DNA of 52,317 nt from Candidatus Heimdallarchaeota archaeon (GTDB lineage: Archaea; Asgardarchaeota; Heimdallarchaeia; Heimdallarchaeales; Heimdallarchaeaceae). The stretch is taken from assembly GCA_019057375.1 (NCBI GenBank), contig DXJF01000057.1:1-52317 (forward strand), given 5' to 3'. Positions within the stretch are counted from its first letter, which is position 1. The number at the start of each line of letters is the position of its first letter. The notes beneath the pieces are model-generated. The model saw nothing but the letters and a program-made list of their open reading frames with translations, was not told the DNA's origin and did no database searches. This document shows positions 9,465-18,021 of this stretch, in pieces. Made by a program: the position numbers and the translations under genes.

Positions 9465-12400
9465 ATGAAAGTAGGTGTATATGTATGTGAATGTGGGATT
9501 AACATCAGTGCAACAGTTGATGTTGAGAAAGTTGCTGAAGTTGCCAATGATTTTCCAAATGTAGAAGTTAGCAGATATTACAAGTACATGTGTTCAGATC
9601 CAGGTCAAGAACTTATCAAAAAAGACATTGAAAATCTTGGTTTAGATCGTATTGTAGTAGCTTCTTGTTCTCCTAGAATGCATGAACCAACATTTAGAGC
9701 TGTTGTTGAAGAAAAAGGAATGAATCCTTACAATCTTGAAATGGTTAATATTAGAGAACAAAATTCATGGGTTCATAAAGATAAGGAAATAGGAACGGAG
9801 AAAGCAATTTCATTGGTAAGAAGTGGAGTTCTCAAAGCATCGCTTCTAAAACCTCTAATTAAGAAAAAAGTAGGTGTAACCCCAAATGCTCTTATTATAG
9901 GTGGTGGAATAGCGGGGATTCAAGCGGCTTTAGATATTGGAAATATGGGTTTTCATGCATATCTAGTTGAAAAAACACCCAGTATTGGAGGAACGATGGC
10001 TCAGTTAGATAAAACCTTTCCAACTCTAGATTGTTCAGCGTGTATTTTAACTCCAAAAATGGTAGATGTAGCTCGTCATCCAAATGTTGAACTTATGACC
10101 TATTCTGAGATAGAAAAAGTTGATGGTTATATTGGCAATTTCAAAGTTACTGTCAAAAAGAAACCACGCTATGTTGATATAAACAAATGTACAGCCTGTG
10201 GAGACTGTGTAGAAAATTGTCCTGTAATAGAGTTTGATGAATATAACGCAAATTTGATGACAAAAAAAGCAATCTACATACCTTTTCCTCAAGCTGTTCC
10301 TCAGAAATATACTATTGCTAAATTAGAGGAATACTCTCCCTGTAAAGTAACATGTCCTGCAAGTAATAATGCTCAAGGATACGTTCAACTAATAGGTATA
10401 GGAAAATATAAAGAAGCTCTTGGTGTAATCCGAGATAAAAATCCGTTTCCTTCAGTTTGTGGAAGAGTTTGTCATCATCCTTGTGAAGAGGTTTGTAAAA
10501 GAGCTGAAATTGATGAACCTGTGTCAATAATGCAATTAAAAAGATTCGCTGCAGACTATAATAGATTACATGATGAACCTCCTCCAGAGGTTATAGAACC
10601 TACAAAAGAAGAAGAAATAGCTATTATTGGAGCTGGACCTTCAGGACTATCCTGTGCTATCAGATTGCTTGAGCAAGGTTATCCTGTAACAGTCTATGAT
10701 GAAGCAGATATTCCTGGGGGAATTATGACAAGTTGTCTTCCTTCTTATCGTCTTCCTCCAGATTTAGCATTATATGATATAAACCGACTATTAGACCAAG
10801 GAATAAACCTGATTAAAAACACTAAGGTTGGAAAAGATATTTCTTTTGAAGAGATTAAGAATAAATATGATGCTGTTTTCATAGGAATTGGAGCTCAGCT
10901 CCCCGCTGTCTTAGAAGTTGAAGGTTCTAATGTTTCAGGAGTTTTAGAAGGATTAACTTTCCTAAAGGATGCGAAAAAAGGAATAAAAACACCAGAATTT
11001 GGAGAAAAATTAATTGTCATTGGTGGTGGAAACGTAGCAATGGATTGTGCTAAAGTTGCACTACGAATGGGAACAAAAGAAGTCAATGTTGTTTGTCTGG
11101 AGACAAGAGATTTAGCATTGAAAGATAGAATGCCTGCTGATGTGTGGGAAATAGAAGAATCAGAAGAAGAAGGTGTAATATTCTTTAATGAACTAGGTCC
11201 CAAAAAGATACTTAGCAAGAAAGGAAAAGTTACAGGTTTAGAAACCATGATCTGTTCTTCAGTTTATGAAGAAGATGGTTCATTCAAACCAGAATTTAGT
11301 GATGATTCCTCTCCAGTAATTAAAGGTGATACTGTTATCTTTGCTATAGGACAGAAATCTGATTTAACAGGTTTTGAAGAAATTGAAACAAATCCTGGAG
11401 GTAGAACATTAAAAATCGACACGATTACCTTTGAAACAAGTATTCCAGGAGTATTTGCCGGTGGAGATATAATTCCAGGTGTACCATCAGTAGTCAATGC
11501 AATAGGAACTGGTGCTGAAGCTGCGATTTCAATTGACAGATATTTACGAAAAGTTGACATTAAGGAAGGTAGAGTTAGAGATATAACAAAGATAGATTTT
11601 GTTAGAATTGATAAAGAGAAACGTCCTAGAGCGAAAATGAAACGCGCTCCTGTTGAGGAAAGAATAAAGGATTTCAGAGAAATTGATTTAGGCTATATTG
11701 AGGAAGAAGCTGTTCAAGAAGCACTAAGATGTATCTCCTGTTCGATCTGTTCTGAATGTATGCAATGTGTTGAAACATGTGAAGCAGAAGCTATAATTCA
11801 TGATCAAGAAGTTGAATATGTGGAACTAGACATAGGTGCAATAGTTGTTGCAACAGGATTTGACAACTATAACCCAAGTAATAAACCTGAATATGGATAT
11901 GGTCAAACTTCAAATGTTATTACAGCGATTGAATTTGAAAGATTAGTTTCTTCTTCAGGACCAACTGAAGGTCATATTGAGATTAATGGAAAAGAACCCG
12001 AGAATGTGGTTTTTATCCAATGCGTTGGTTCAAGGGATAAAGAAGGACATGAGTACTGTTCAAGAGTCTGCTGCATGTATACAGCTAAACAAGCTCATAT
12101 GGTAAGAGACAAATTACCAAAATCTAAATTAACTGTTTATAATACGGATGTTAGAGCATTTGGGAAGGGATTTGAAGAATTCTACAATAGAGTACAAGCA
12201 GAGGATATTGACTATAGAAGAAGAGAATTAGAAGACTCCATACAAGTTGTCGGAAATGAAGAAGGAGTAATCGTTAAAGCAGAAGGACATCCAGATATTC
12301 ATGCAGATCTTGTTGTATTGGCTACTGGTCTAATTCCGCGGGATGATTCAAAAGAACTATCCAGACTTTTGAATATTAATATGAGTGAAGATGGATATTT

Positions 12401-12818
12401 CATGGAAGCTCATCCAAAGCTTCGACCTGTTGATACTTTTACAGATGGTGTTTTCTTAGCGGGATGCTGCCAAAGCCCAAAAGATATACCTGATACAGTA
12501 GCTCAAGCTAGTAGTGCAGCATCAAGAGCATGCAATATACTCTCACAAGAAGAATTGGAAATAGAAGCAACAATTGCTCACGTTGATGAGAGTTTGTGTA
12601 GAGGATGTGGATTTTGTGTTGAATCATGTCCGTATTCAGCAATAGAACTCAAGATAATTAATCAATATGGATACGAAACTGAAGTGGCAAGTGTTAATGA
12701 AGCATTATGTAAGGGATGTGGAAGCTGTGCCGCAGCGTGTTTGAATGGTGCAATTAACCATTTAGGATATACTGATCATCAGATACTTGCACAAATAAAA
12801 GCATTAGGAGAAAAATAG
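9465..12818 (+). CDS. hdrA: Large HdrA with an inserted GltD/glutamate-synthase-beta-like flavin/NAD(P)H module
   Basis: All HdrA motifs plus an insert (~10335-11741) with CPA..CGRVCHHPCE, GAGPSG and GGGNVAMD. Start placed at ATG 9465 from the spacing to AGGAG; the ORF track starts at 9456. Confidence 0.9.
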   Translation: MKVGVYVCECGINISATVDVEKVAEVANDFPNVEVSRYYKYMCSDPGQELIKKDIENLGLDRIVVASCSPRMHEPTFRAVVEEKGMNPYNLEMVNIREQNSWVHKDKEIGTEKAISLVRSGVLKASLLKPLIKKKVGVTPNALIIGGGIAGIQAALDIGNMGFHAYLVEKTPSIGGTMAQLDKTFPTLDCSACILTPKMVDVARHPNVELMTYSEIEKVDGYIGNFKVTVKKKPRYVDINKCTACGDCVENCPVIEFDEYNANLMTKKAIYIPFPQAVPQKYTIAKLEEYSPCKVTCPASNNAQGYVQLIGIGKYKEALGVIRDKNPFPSVCGRVCHHPCEEVCKRAEIDEPVSIMQLKRFAADYNRLHDEPPPEVIEPTKEEEIAIIGAGPSGLSCAIRLLEQGYPVTVYDEADIPGGIMTSCLPSYRLPPDLALYDINRLLDQGINLIKNTKVGKDISFEEIKNKYDAVFIGIGAQLPAVLEVEGSNVSGVLEGLTFLKDAKKGIKTPEFGEKLIVIGGGNVAMDCAKVALRMGTKEVNVVCLETRDLALKDRMPADVWEIEESEEEGVIFFNELGPKKILSKKGKVTGLETMICSSVYEEDGSFKPEFSDDSSPVIKGDTVIFAIGQKSDLTGFEEIETNPGGRTLKIDTITFETSIPGVFAGGDIIPGVPSVVNAIGTGAEAAISIDRYLRKVDIKEGRVRDITKIDFVRIDKEKRPRAKMKRAPVEERIKDFREIDLGYIEEEAVQEALRCISCSICSECMQCVETCEAEAIIHDQEVEYVELDIGAIVVATGFDNYNPSNKPEYGYGQTSNVITAIEFERLVSSSGPTEGHIEINGKEPENVVFIQCVGSRDKEGHEYCSRVCCMYTAKQAHMVRDKLPKSKLTVYNTDVRAFGKGFEEFYNRVQAEDIDYRRRELEDSIQVVGNEEGVIVKAEGHPDIHADLVVLATGLIPRDDSKELSRLLNINMSEDGYFMEAHPKLRPVDTFTDGVFLAGCCQSPKDIPDTVAQASSAASRACNILSQEELEIEATIAHVDESLCRGCGFCVESCPYSAIELKIINQYGYETEVASVNEALCKGCGSCAAACLNGAINHLGYTDHQILAQIKALGEK

Positions 12819-12821
12819 AAG

Positions 12822-13316
12822 TTGAGATCAATAATAATAGGATTAGGTAACCCTATAGTCGGAGATGATGCTATAGCTATCAAAGTTATGGAGCATATTA
12901 GGGATACATTTTCTCCTATAAAAAATACTAAAATCTTGGCTGATATATCGATTGCAGGTTTGGGAATAGTGGAATTGATTAGAGGATATGAAAGCGTTAT
13001 ACTTGTAGATTCAATTCAAACAGGAAACAATTCAGTAGGAACAGTAATACAGCTTAAACCTGAAGAATTCTCACTTGCTTTACATACTTCACATTATCAC
13101 AATATAGACCTCTTTACAGCCTTGGAATTTAGTAATCAAATGTATGATGATGTACCAAAAGATATCAAAATCATCGGGATAGAAATCATTAATCCCATGG
13201 AGTTTAGTGATGAATTATCACTCGAACTCCAAAATAAGTTTGAAGAAATCGTTAATCAGGTTTATCAAATAATTATTCAAGAATTAAAAAAGAAAATTAC
13301 CGCAAATATCGTGTGA
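12822..13316 (+). CDS. Hydrogenase maturation protease (HyaD/HybD family)
   Basis: IGLGNPIVGDDA, VILVDS and SHYHN motifs; TTG start. Confidence 0.88.
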   Translation: MRSIIIGLGNPIVGDDAIAIKVMEHIRDTFSPIKNTKILADISIAGLGIVELIRGYESVILVDSIQTGNNSVGTVIQLKPEEFSLALHTSHYHNIDLFTALEFSNQMYDDVPKDIKIIGIEIINPMEFSDELSLELQNKFEEIVNQVYQIIIQELKKKITANIV

Positions 13317-13356
13317 AGATAACAAATTTAGTATAAATTAAAAGGAGAAAAATAAA

Positions 13357-13773
13357 ATGGCAGATTATGAACCTAATATTATCGGTTTCCTTTGTAATTG
13401 GTGCAGTTATGCTGGAGCTGATCTAGCAGGAACTAGTAGAATTAAGTATCCTACAAATATCAAAATAATTCGTGTCATGTGCACTGGGCGAGTTGATCCA
13501 GCATTTGTTCTAGAATCATTTAGAAAAGGAGCAGATGGAGTATTAATCTCTGGATGTCATTTTGGTGAGTGTCATTATAAATCTGGTAACTATAAAGCTA
13601 GTCGTCGAATAAAGCTCACAAAGAAATTTTTAGAAGAGATGGGAATTAATCCTAATAGGCTTAGATTTGAATTTGTCTCTGCCTCAGAAGGCCATAAATT
13701 TGCTGAAGTTGTAACTGAGTTTGTAGACGAATTGAAAAAACTTGGACCTCTGTCTCTTCAACTAATACAATAA
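13357..13773 (+). CDS. mvhD: MvhD/FlxD [2Fe-2S] subunit, copy 2
   Basis: FLCNWCSYAGAD, MCTGRVD, GADGVLISGCHFGECHY motifs; AAGGAG upstream. Confidence 0.93.
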   Translation: MADYEPNIIGFLCNWCSYAGADLAGTSRIKYPTNIKIIRVMCTGRVDPAFVLESFRKGADGVLISGCHFGECHYKSGNYKASRRIKLTKKFLEEMGINPNRLRFEFVSASEGHKFAEVVTEFVDELKKLGPLSLQLIQ

Positions 13774-13823
13774 CCAAAAGAATAAGCAGAAGAATTTTAT
13801 ATTACTTGTTATTTTTTATTTCG

Positions 13824-14807
13824 ATGCCAAGGATATTAGTTACTGGAGCTACCGGATGTACAGGAATAGGAGTTCTACATTACCTTAAAGCTAAAGGTTA
13901 CACCAACATTTATGGTATGGTAAGAAAAACTCCTTCAGATCCAATACCAAGTGTTAATTATCTAACTGGTGACCTAACAGATAAACAATCCATTATCAAA
14001 ATTCTAAAAGAAAATGAAATTGATACTATTTGGCATCTTGCAGCAGCTGTTCATAGAAAAGTTAAGAAGAGAGATTTTGCCAAAGTAAATTTTGAAGGAA
14101 CGAATAACATCATTCAAGCAGCTGTTGATTATGGAGTTAAGTCAATTATTTTTGCTAGCACAACTGCTGTTTATGGAAAAATTATTGAGTCTCCAGCAAC
14201 TGAAAATCATCAAATCAAACCTAAAGGTCTTTATGCAAAATCAAAATTAAATGCTGAAGTTTTGATAAAACTGATGTGTGAAGAGAATGGGATTAAAGGA
14301 AGTATCTTACGTATTCCTTTAATTTTGGGAAAACATGATCGCCATTTCTATCCAGTAGTAAGAAAGTTGGTAAAGACAAATATTATGCCTATTTTAGGAA
14401 ATAACACACATGAAGTTTCAATAGTTCATCCATATGATATAGGTCAGGCTTTTGAGATTCTAAATCAAAATGGTAAAGAAGAAATTGAATGTTATAATAT
14501 TGTTTCATGTAATAGATCATTCAAAGATTTGATACTAATTATAGAGAAACATCTTGTTGGGAAAAAGAGATTCAAATATACTCTTCCTTACCCAATAGTC
14601 TATGTAGCAGTTTGGATGTTTGAAAGGATTCACTGGTTCTTCTCACCAAGGAAGCAACCATTAATCAATCGTGAATATGCAAGAATGGTAGGGAAAGAAT
14701 GGATTTTCGCTACTGATAAACTTGAGCAGTTAGGGTATACCCCTATGATGAATCTTGAAGAAATAATAAAAGATACTGTTTTTGATGAAATATCTCCTGT
14801 TCCATAG
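13824..14807 (+). CDS. NAD-dependent epimerase/dehydratase (extended SDR)
   Basis: ILVTGATGCTG, HLAAA, STTAVYG and YAKSK motifs; start set at ATG 13824. Confidence 0.85.
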   Translation: MPRILVTGATGCTGIGVLHYLKAKGYTNIYGMVRKTPSDPIPSVNYLTGDLTDKQSIIKILKENEIDTIWHLAAAVHRKVKKRDFAKVNFEGTNNIIQAAVDYGVKSIIFASTTAVYGKIIESPATENHQIKPKGLYAKSKLNAEVLIKLMCEENGIKGSILRIPLILGKHDRHFYPVVRKLVKTNIMPILGNNTHEVSIVHPYDIGQAFEILNQNGKEEIECYNIVSCNRSFKDLILIIEKHLVGKKRFKYTLPYPIVYVAVWMFERIHWFFSPRKQPLINREYARMVGKEWIFATDKLEQLGYTPMMNLEEIIKDTVFDEISPVP

Positions 14808-14865
14808 GATACACTTAATTTCTTACTCACAAAACTTTTGAAGAAGTCAAATAGATTCCATTTTA

Positions 14866-15753
14866 ATGAGTACTGAAATAATTTCTATAACAGAAGATTG
14901 TATAGGATGTGGAAGCTGTTCCAATGTTTGTCCACGATATATTTTTGATATAGTTGATAAGAAAGCTGTAACTAACCGGAATCTTTTCCGATGTCATGAC
15001 TGCGGTCATTGTGTTACAGTATGTTCAGAGAATGCGATAGTTCAACATAGAATGATAGAGAAGTCACTAGATGAAGATTTCCCCAAGAAAGGGAAAACAC
15101 TATCTTATGAGCAGGTTCTGGAAACAATTCGACAGAGAAGATCAATCAGATATTTTTCAGATAAGAAAGTGACTAAAGAACAAATAAAACAGCTGATAGA
15201 TTTAGGGAGATACGCACCTACAGGACATAATGATAGGAAGGTTTCTTATACAATAATCAATGATAGAAACGAACTTGAGTATCTCCTCGATAATATGATT
15301 GAGCTTTTCAAGAAACTCAAGAAACAGTTGAATAGTACTTTCTGGAATGTTCTTGCTGTGTTAACTGGTAAAAAGAAGTTCTTTGATAAAGCTAAGAAAA
15401 GTCTGTATAGATTAGAGAGTCACATAGATCATTGGGAGAAGGGAATAGACAAAGTTCTACACTATTCATCAACACTAATGCTGATACATACAGATAATGA
15501 AACTTCTTCACCAATCGAAGATTGTAATATAGCAGCTCAGAATATAGCTTTAGGTGCTCCATCTCTAGGTTTGGGGGCTACATTCATTGGTTATGTCCAG
15601 AAGAGTTGGGAAAACTCAAATAGAATTAGAGAGATCATAAATCTACCACAAAATCATACTCTTTATGCATGCTTAGCTATAGGATACCCAAAGAACAATT
15701 ATAGAAGATTAGTTCCAAGACCAGAACCGTCAGTTACATGGAAAACTAGCTGA
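14866..15753 (+). CDS. Nitroreductase family protein with an N-terminal 2x[4Fe-4S] ferredoxin domain
   Basis: CIGCGSCSNVCP and CHDCGHCVTVC clusters, then RRSIRYF, APTGHN and LGLGATFIG nitroreductase motifs. Confidence 0.88.
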   Translation: MSTEIISITEDCIGCGSCSNVCPRYIFDIVDKKAVTNRNLFRCHDCGHCVTVCSENAIVQHRMIEKSLDEDFPKKGKTLSYEQVLETIRQRRSIRYFSDKKVTKEQIKQLIDLGRYAPTGHNDRKVSYTIINDRNELEYLLDNMIELFKKLKKQLNSTFWNVLAVLTGKKKFFDKAKKSLYRLESHIDHWEKGIDKVLHYSSTLMLIHTDNETSSPIEDCNIAAQNIALGAPSLGLGATFIGYVQKSWENSNRIREIINLPQNHTLYACLAIGYPKNNYRRLVPRPEPSVTWKTS

Positions 15754-15779
15754 TTCTTTTCCTCATTAACAAATTATAT

Positions 15780-16379
15780 ATGATGAATCAAGCTAAAGTA
15801 CTAGTCATGAAGTCTTCAGTAAAACACTTTTTAGCTATTACATTGTTATCTCTCTGTTTATTCTCTTTAAGCATGTCAATGGTCAACGCTGCTTCACAGA
15901 CATTTGAATATGATACTGCTTCTGGAACTATCTATGATATCATTGCTACCATTGATTCAGTAAAACTAGCAGATGGAAATAACACTTTCCAAGTTGAAAT
16001 AAAGATAAAAGACTTTGGTCCAGACTCTCAATTTATTCATGAAATACAAGTTTTCTTCAGAATAGAACCCTACATCGTAGATTATGGTTCAACAACTGAT
16101 AATCTAACGGCAAATGGAATGTCCAGCATTGCAACTTTGACATTTGAATATAATTCTAGTTGGGGAAATGTTGACTTAGACATTTTGATTAAATTCCAAG
16201 AAGAAGTCTATCATGGGGAAGAATTGATAACTCATTACTATGAAACAAATTGGATTTATATATTCACTCTAAAATCAGCAGCTGGAGCTAGTTGGTCATC
16301 ATTATCCCTAATTGTTGCTGTTGTTTCTTTAGGAAGTGGATGGTTTATTCTAACAAAGAAGCTTAAATTTAAATCATAA
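15780..16379 (+). CDS. Hypothetical surface protein with a signal peptide and a C-terminal TM anchor plus basic tail
   Basis: Hydrophobic N-terminus ending VNA, beta-rich core, C-terminal SLIVAVVSLGSGWFILTKKLKFKS. Confidence 0.7.
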   Translation: MMNQAKVLVMKSSVKHFLAITLLSLCLFSLSMSMVNAASQTFEYDTASGTIYDIIATIDSVKLADGNNTFQVEIKIKDFGPDSQFIHEIQVFFRIEPYIVDYGSTTDNLTANGMSSIATLTFEYNSSWGNVDLDILIKFQEEVYHGEELITHYYETNWIYIFTLKSAAGASWSSLSLIVAVVSLGSGWFILTKKLKFKS

Positions 16380-16442
16380 AACTGTGGAAGAAACTACAAC
16401 AGATAAATTAGATGTCTGGATACTTCGTCTATTCTTTCTGTA

Positions 16443-16494
16443 ATTGTTGGAATTGATTGTTGGAGAACTATTGTTGGAGAACTACTCTAACAAT
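16443..16494. repeat. 14-bp tandem duplication ATTGTTGGAGAACT x2 (16456-16483) with a degenerate upstream unit; the last unit pairs with CTCTAACAAT (16485-16494) as a hairpin
   Basis: Read directly from the sequence. Confidence 0.7.
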
Positions 16495-16647
16495 GCTTAA
16501 ATACTATAGTGAGAAATTCCCAGTTTGAAGAACAGAGATGATTAATTGAATTATCTATCTCCTTTTGCACAATCAAAAAAAGGTGAAATACTTAAAATAA
16601 AATTTGGTTATAATCCTAATTGTAGCGGAAATATGTAGTTAATTTGG

Positions 16648-16776
16648 TTGCTTTTAATAGGAGGTCCTATTCTAGGAACAATTGTGCTGGTCACAATAAT
16701 TGTCTTACTTGTTAAAGCAAATACAAAGCGTAGACTAAAAAAGCAACAAATTCTTGAAGGTAAAGAAATTTCTTAA
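16648..16776 (+). CDS. Candidate 42-aa single-TM small protein, or the C-terminal remnant of a decayed gene
   Basis: Manual translation from TTG: (M)LLIGGPILGTIVLVTIIVLLVKANTKRRLKKQQILEGKEIS; below the ORF-track cutoff. Confidence 0.35.
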   Translation: MLLIGGPILGTIVLVTIIVLLVKANTKRRLKKQQILEGKEIS

Positions 16777-16844
16777 AGACTATCTCTATCTAGTTAGGTT
16801 TAATCATCTGAAAGAGGAAACAGAGTAGTATTTATGTGAACGAT

Positions 16845-17996
16845 ATGTCAAAAATCCGTTATGAAGCATTTGGCGGTTTGATTCGCACAGAAGACCCTCC
16901 TGCAACTATATTTGTTGATAAACAATATATGAAAAACTTAGGTTATACTGATTCAAACCTCTGGGAAAAAGATTTTGATCACTTATCAGCACCAATTGAT
17001 GCGCATTTTGCACTAACTAATAGATGTCCATTAGAGTGTAGATATTGTTATAAGAGCTCTATGAAAGATGAGAAGGATTTACTCTCATTAAATGAAATTA
17101 AAAAAATAATTAATACCCTAGCTGATATGAAGGTTTTTAGTGTGGCTTTTGGAGGAGGGGAACCCTTTGCAAGAGAAGATATCTTCGAAATAGCAGAATA
17201 TACTAGATTGAAAGGGATAACACCAAATTTGACTACAAACGGATTTTATATTAACTCTTCAAATGCAGAAAAATGTAATATTTTTGGCCATATGCACGTT
17301 TCACTTGATCTACCTAACGAAAATTTTGATAAAATAAAAGCTAAAGGAGCTTTTAATGCAGCTGATAGAGCAATTGATCTATTGGTTAGAGAAGGAATAC
17401 ATGTAGGAATCAATTGTGTTGTCTCTCAAAGTAATTATGAACATCTAGAGGAATTGGTCAAATATTGTTTATCCAAAGACATCCATGATATAGCTATCCT
17501 TAGACTAAAACCTGTGGGAAGAGCAGATAAACTCTATGATAAAATGAGGTTGAGCAATGAACAGAACAAGAATCTCTTTCCAGTTCTGAAGAAGTTAAAA
17601 AGGAAATACAATGTTACATTTCAAGCAGATTGTTCAATGGTTCCAATGCTAGCTTATCACAAACCTAGCTTCAAATTAATCAATTTCTTTGGAGTAGAGG
17701 GATGTACTGGAGGGAATACCTTCATCGAAATTAAAGAAGATGGAGCAGTTAAGTCTTGTAGTTTTTCAAACTTCTTTGGTGATAATGCTGAGAATCTTAA
17801 AGATATCTGGGCTGATTCGGATTATTTTACAAAATTCAGGAATGTTATAGATACACCACGAGAACCTTGCAACGGATGCAAATATCTAATTATTTGTAGG
17901 GGAGGTTGTCATGTTATCTCTGAACACTTAGTAAGTGATTTTACAGAACCAGATCCAGAATGTCCCATTGTTGTAGAATATCAGAAAAGAACTTGA
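16845..17996 (+). CDS. Radical SAM/SPASM domain protein
   Basis: CPLECRYC (CxxxCxxC), FGGGEP, SPASM cysteines GCTGG...DGAVKSC and CNGCKYLIICRGGC...PECP. Start set at ATG 16845; the track starts at GTG 16836. Confidence 0.9.
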   Translation: MSKIRYEAFGGLIRTEDPPATIFVDKQYMKNLGYTDSNLWEKDFDHLSAPIDAHFALTNRCPLECRYCYKSSMKDEKDLLSLNEIKKIINTLADMKVFSVAFGGGEPFAREDIFEIAEYTRLKGITPNLTTNGFYINSSNAEKCNIFGHMHVSLDLPNENFDKIKAKGAFNAADRAIDLLVREGIHVGINCVVSQSNYEHLEELVKYCLSKDIHDIAILRLKPVGRADKLYDKMRLSNEQNKNLFPVLKKLKRKYNVTFQADCSMVPMLAYHKPSFKLINFFGVEGCTGGNTFIEIKEDGAVKSCSFSNFFGDNAENLKDIWADSDYFTKFRNVIDTPREPCNGCKYLIICRGGCHVISEHLVSDFTEPDPECPIVVEYQKRT

Positions 17997-18021
17997 AAAT
18001 CAATTGGTTTTCAGATAAAAG

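Noticed and set aside
1723-13773. Possible selenocysteine recoding in MvhA, MvhD or HdrA, since homologues are selenoproteins in some archaea including some Asgards
   Set aside because: All relevant positions are Cys codons (DPCFAC, GCHPGDCHY/GCHFGECHY, LDCSAC) and the ORFs have no in-frame TGA. The TGA stops at 5623-5625 and 13314-13316 fall at natural protein ends.
16443-16494. Tandem repeat considered as a mini-CRISPR array
   Set aside because: Units are 13-14 bp and directly adjacent with no spacers, and there are no cas genes.
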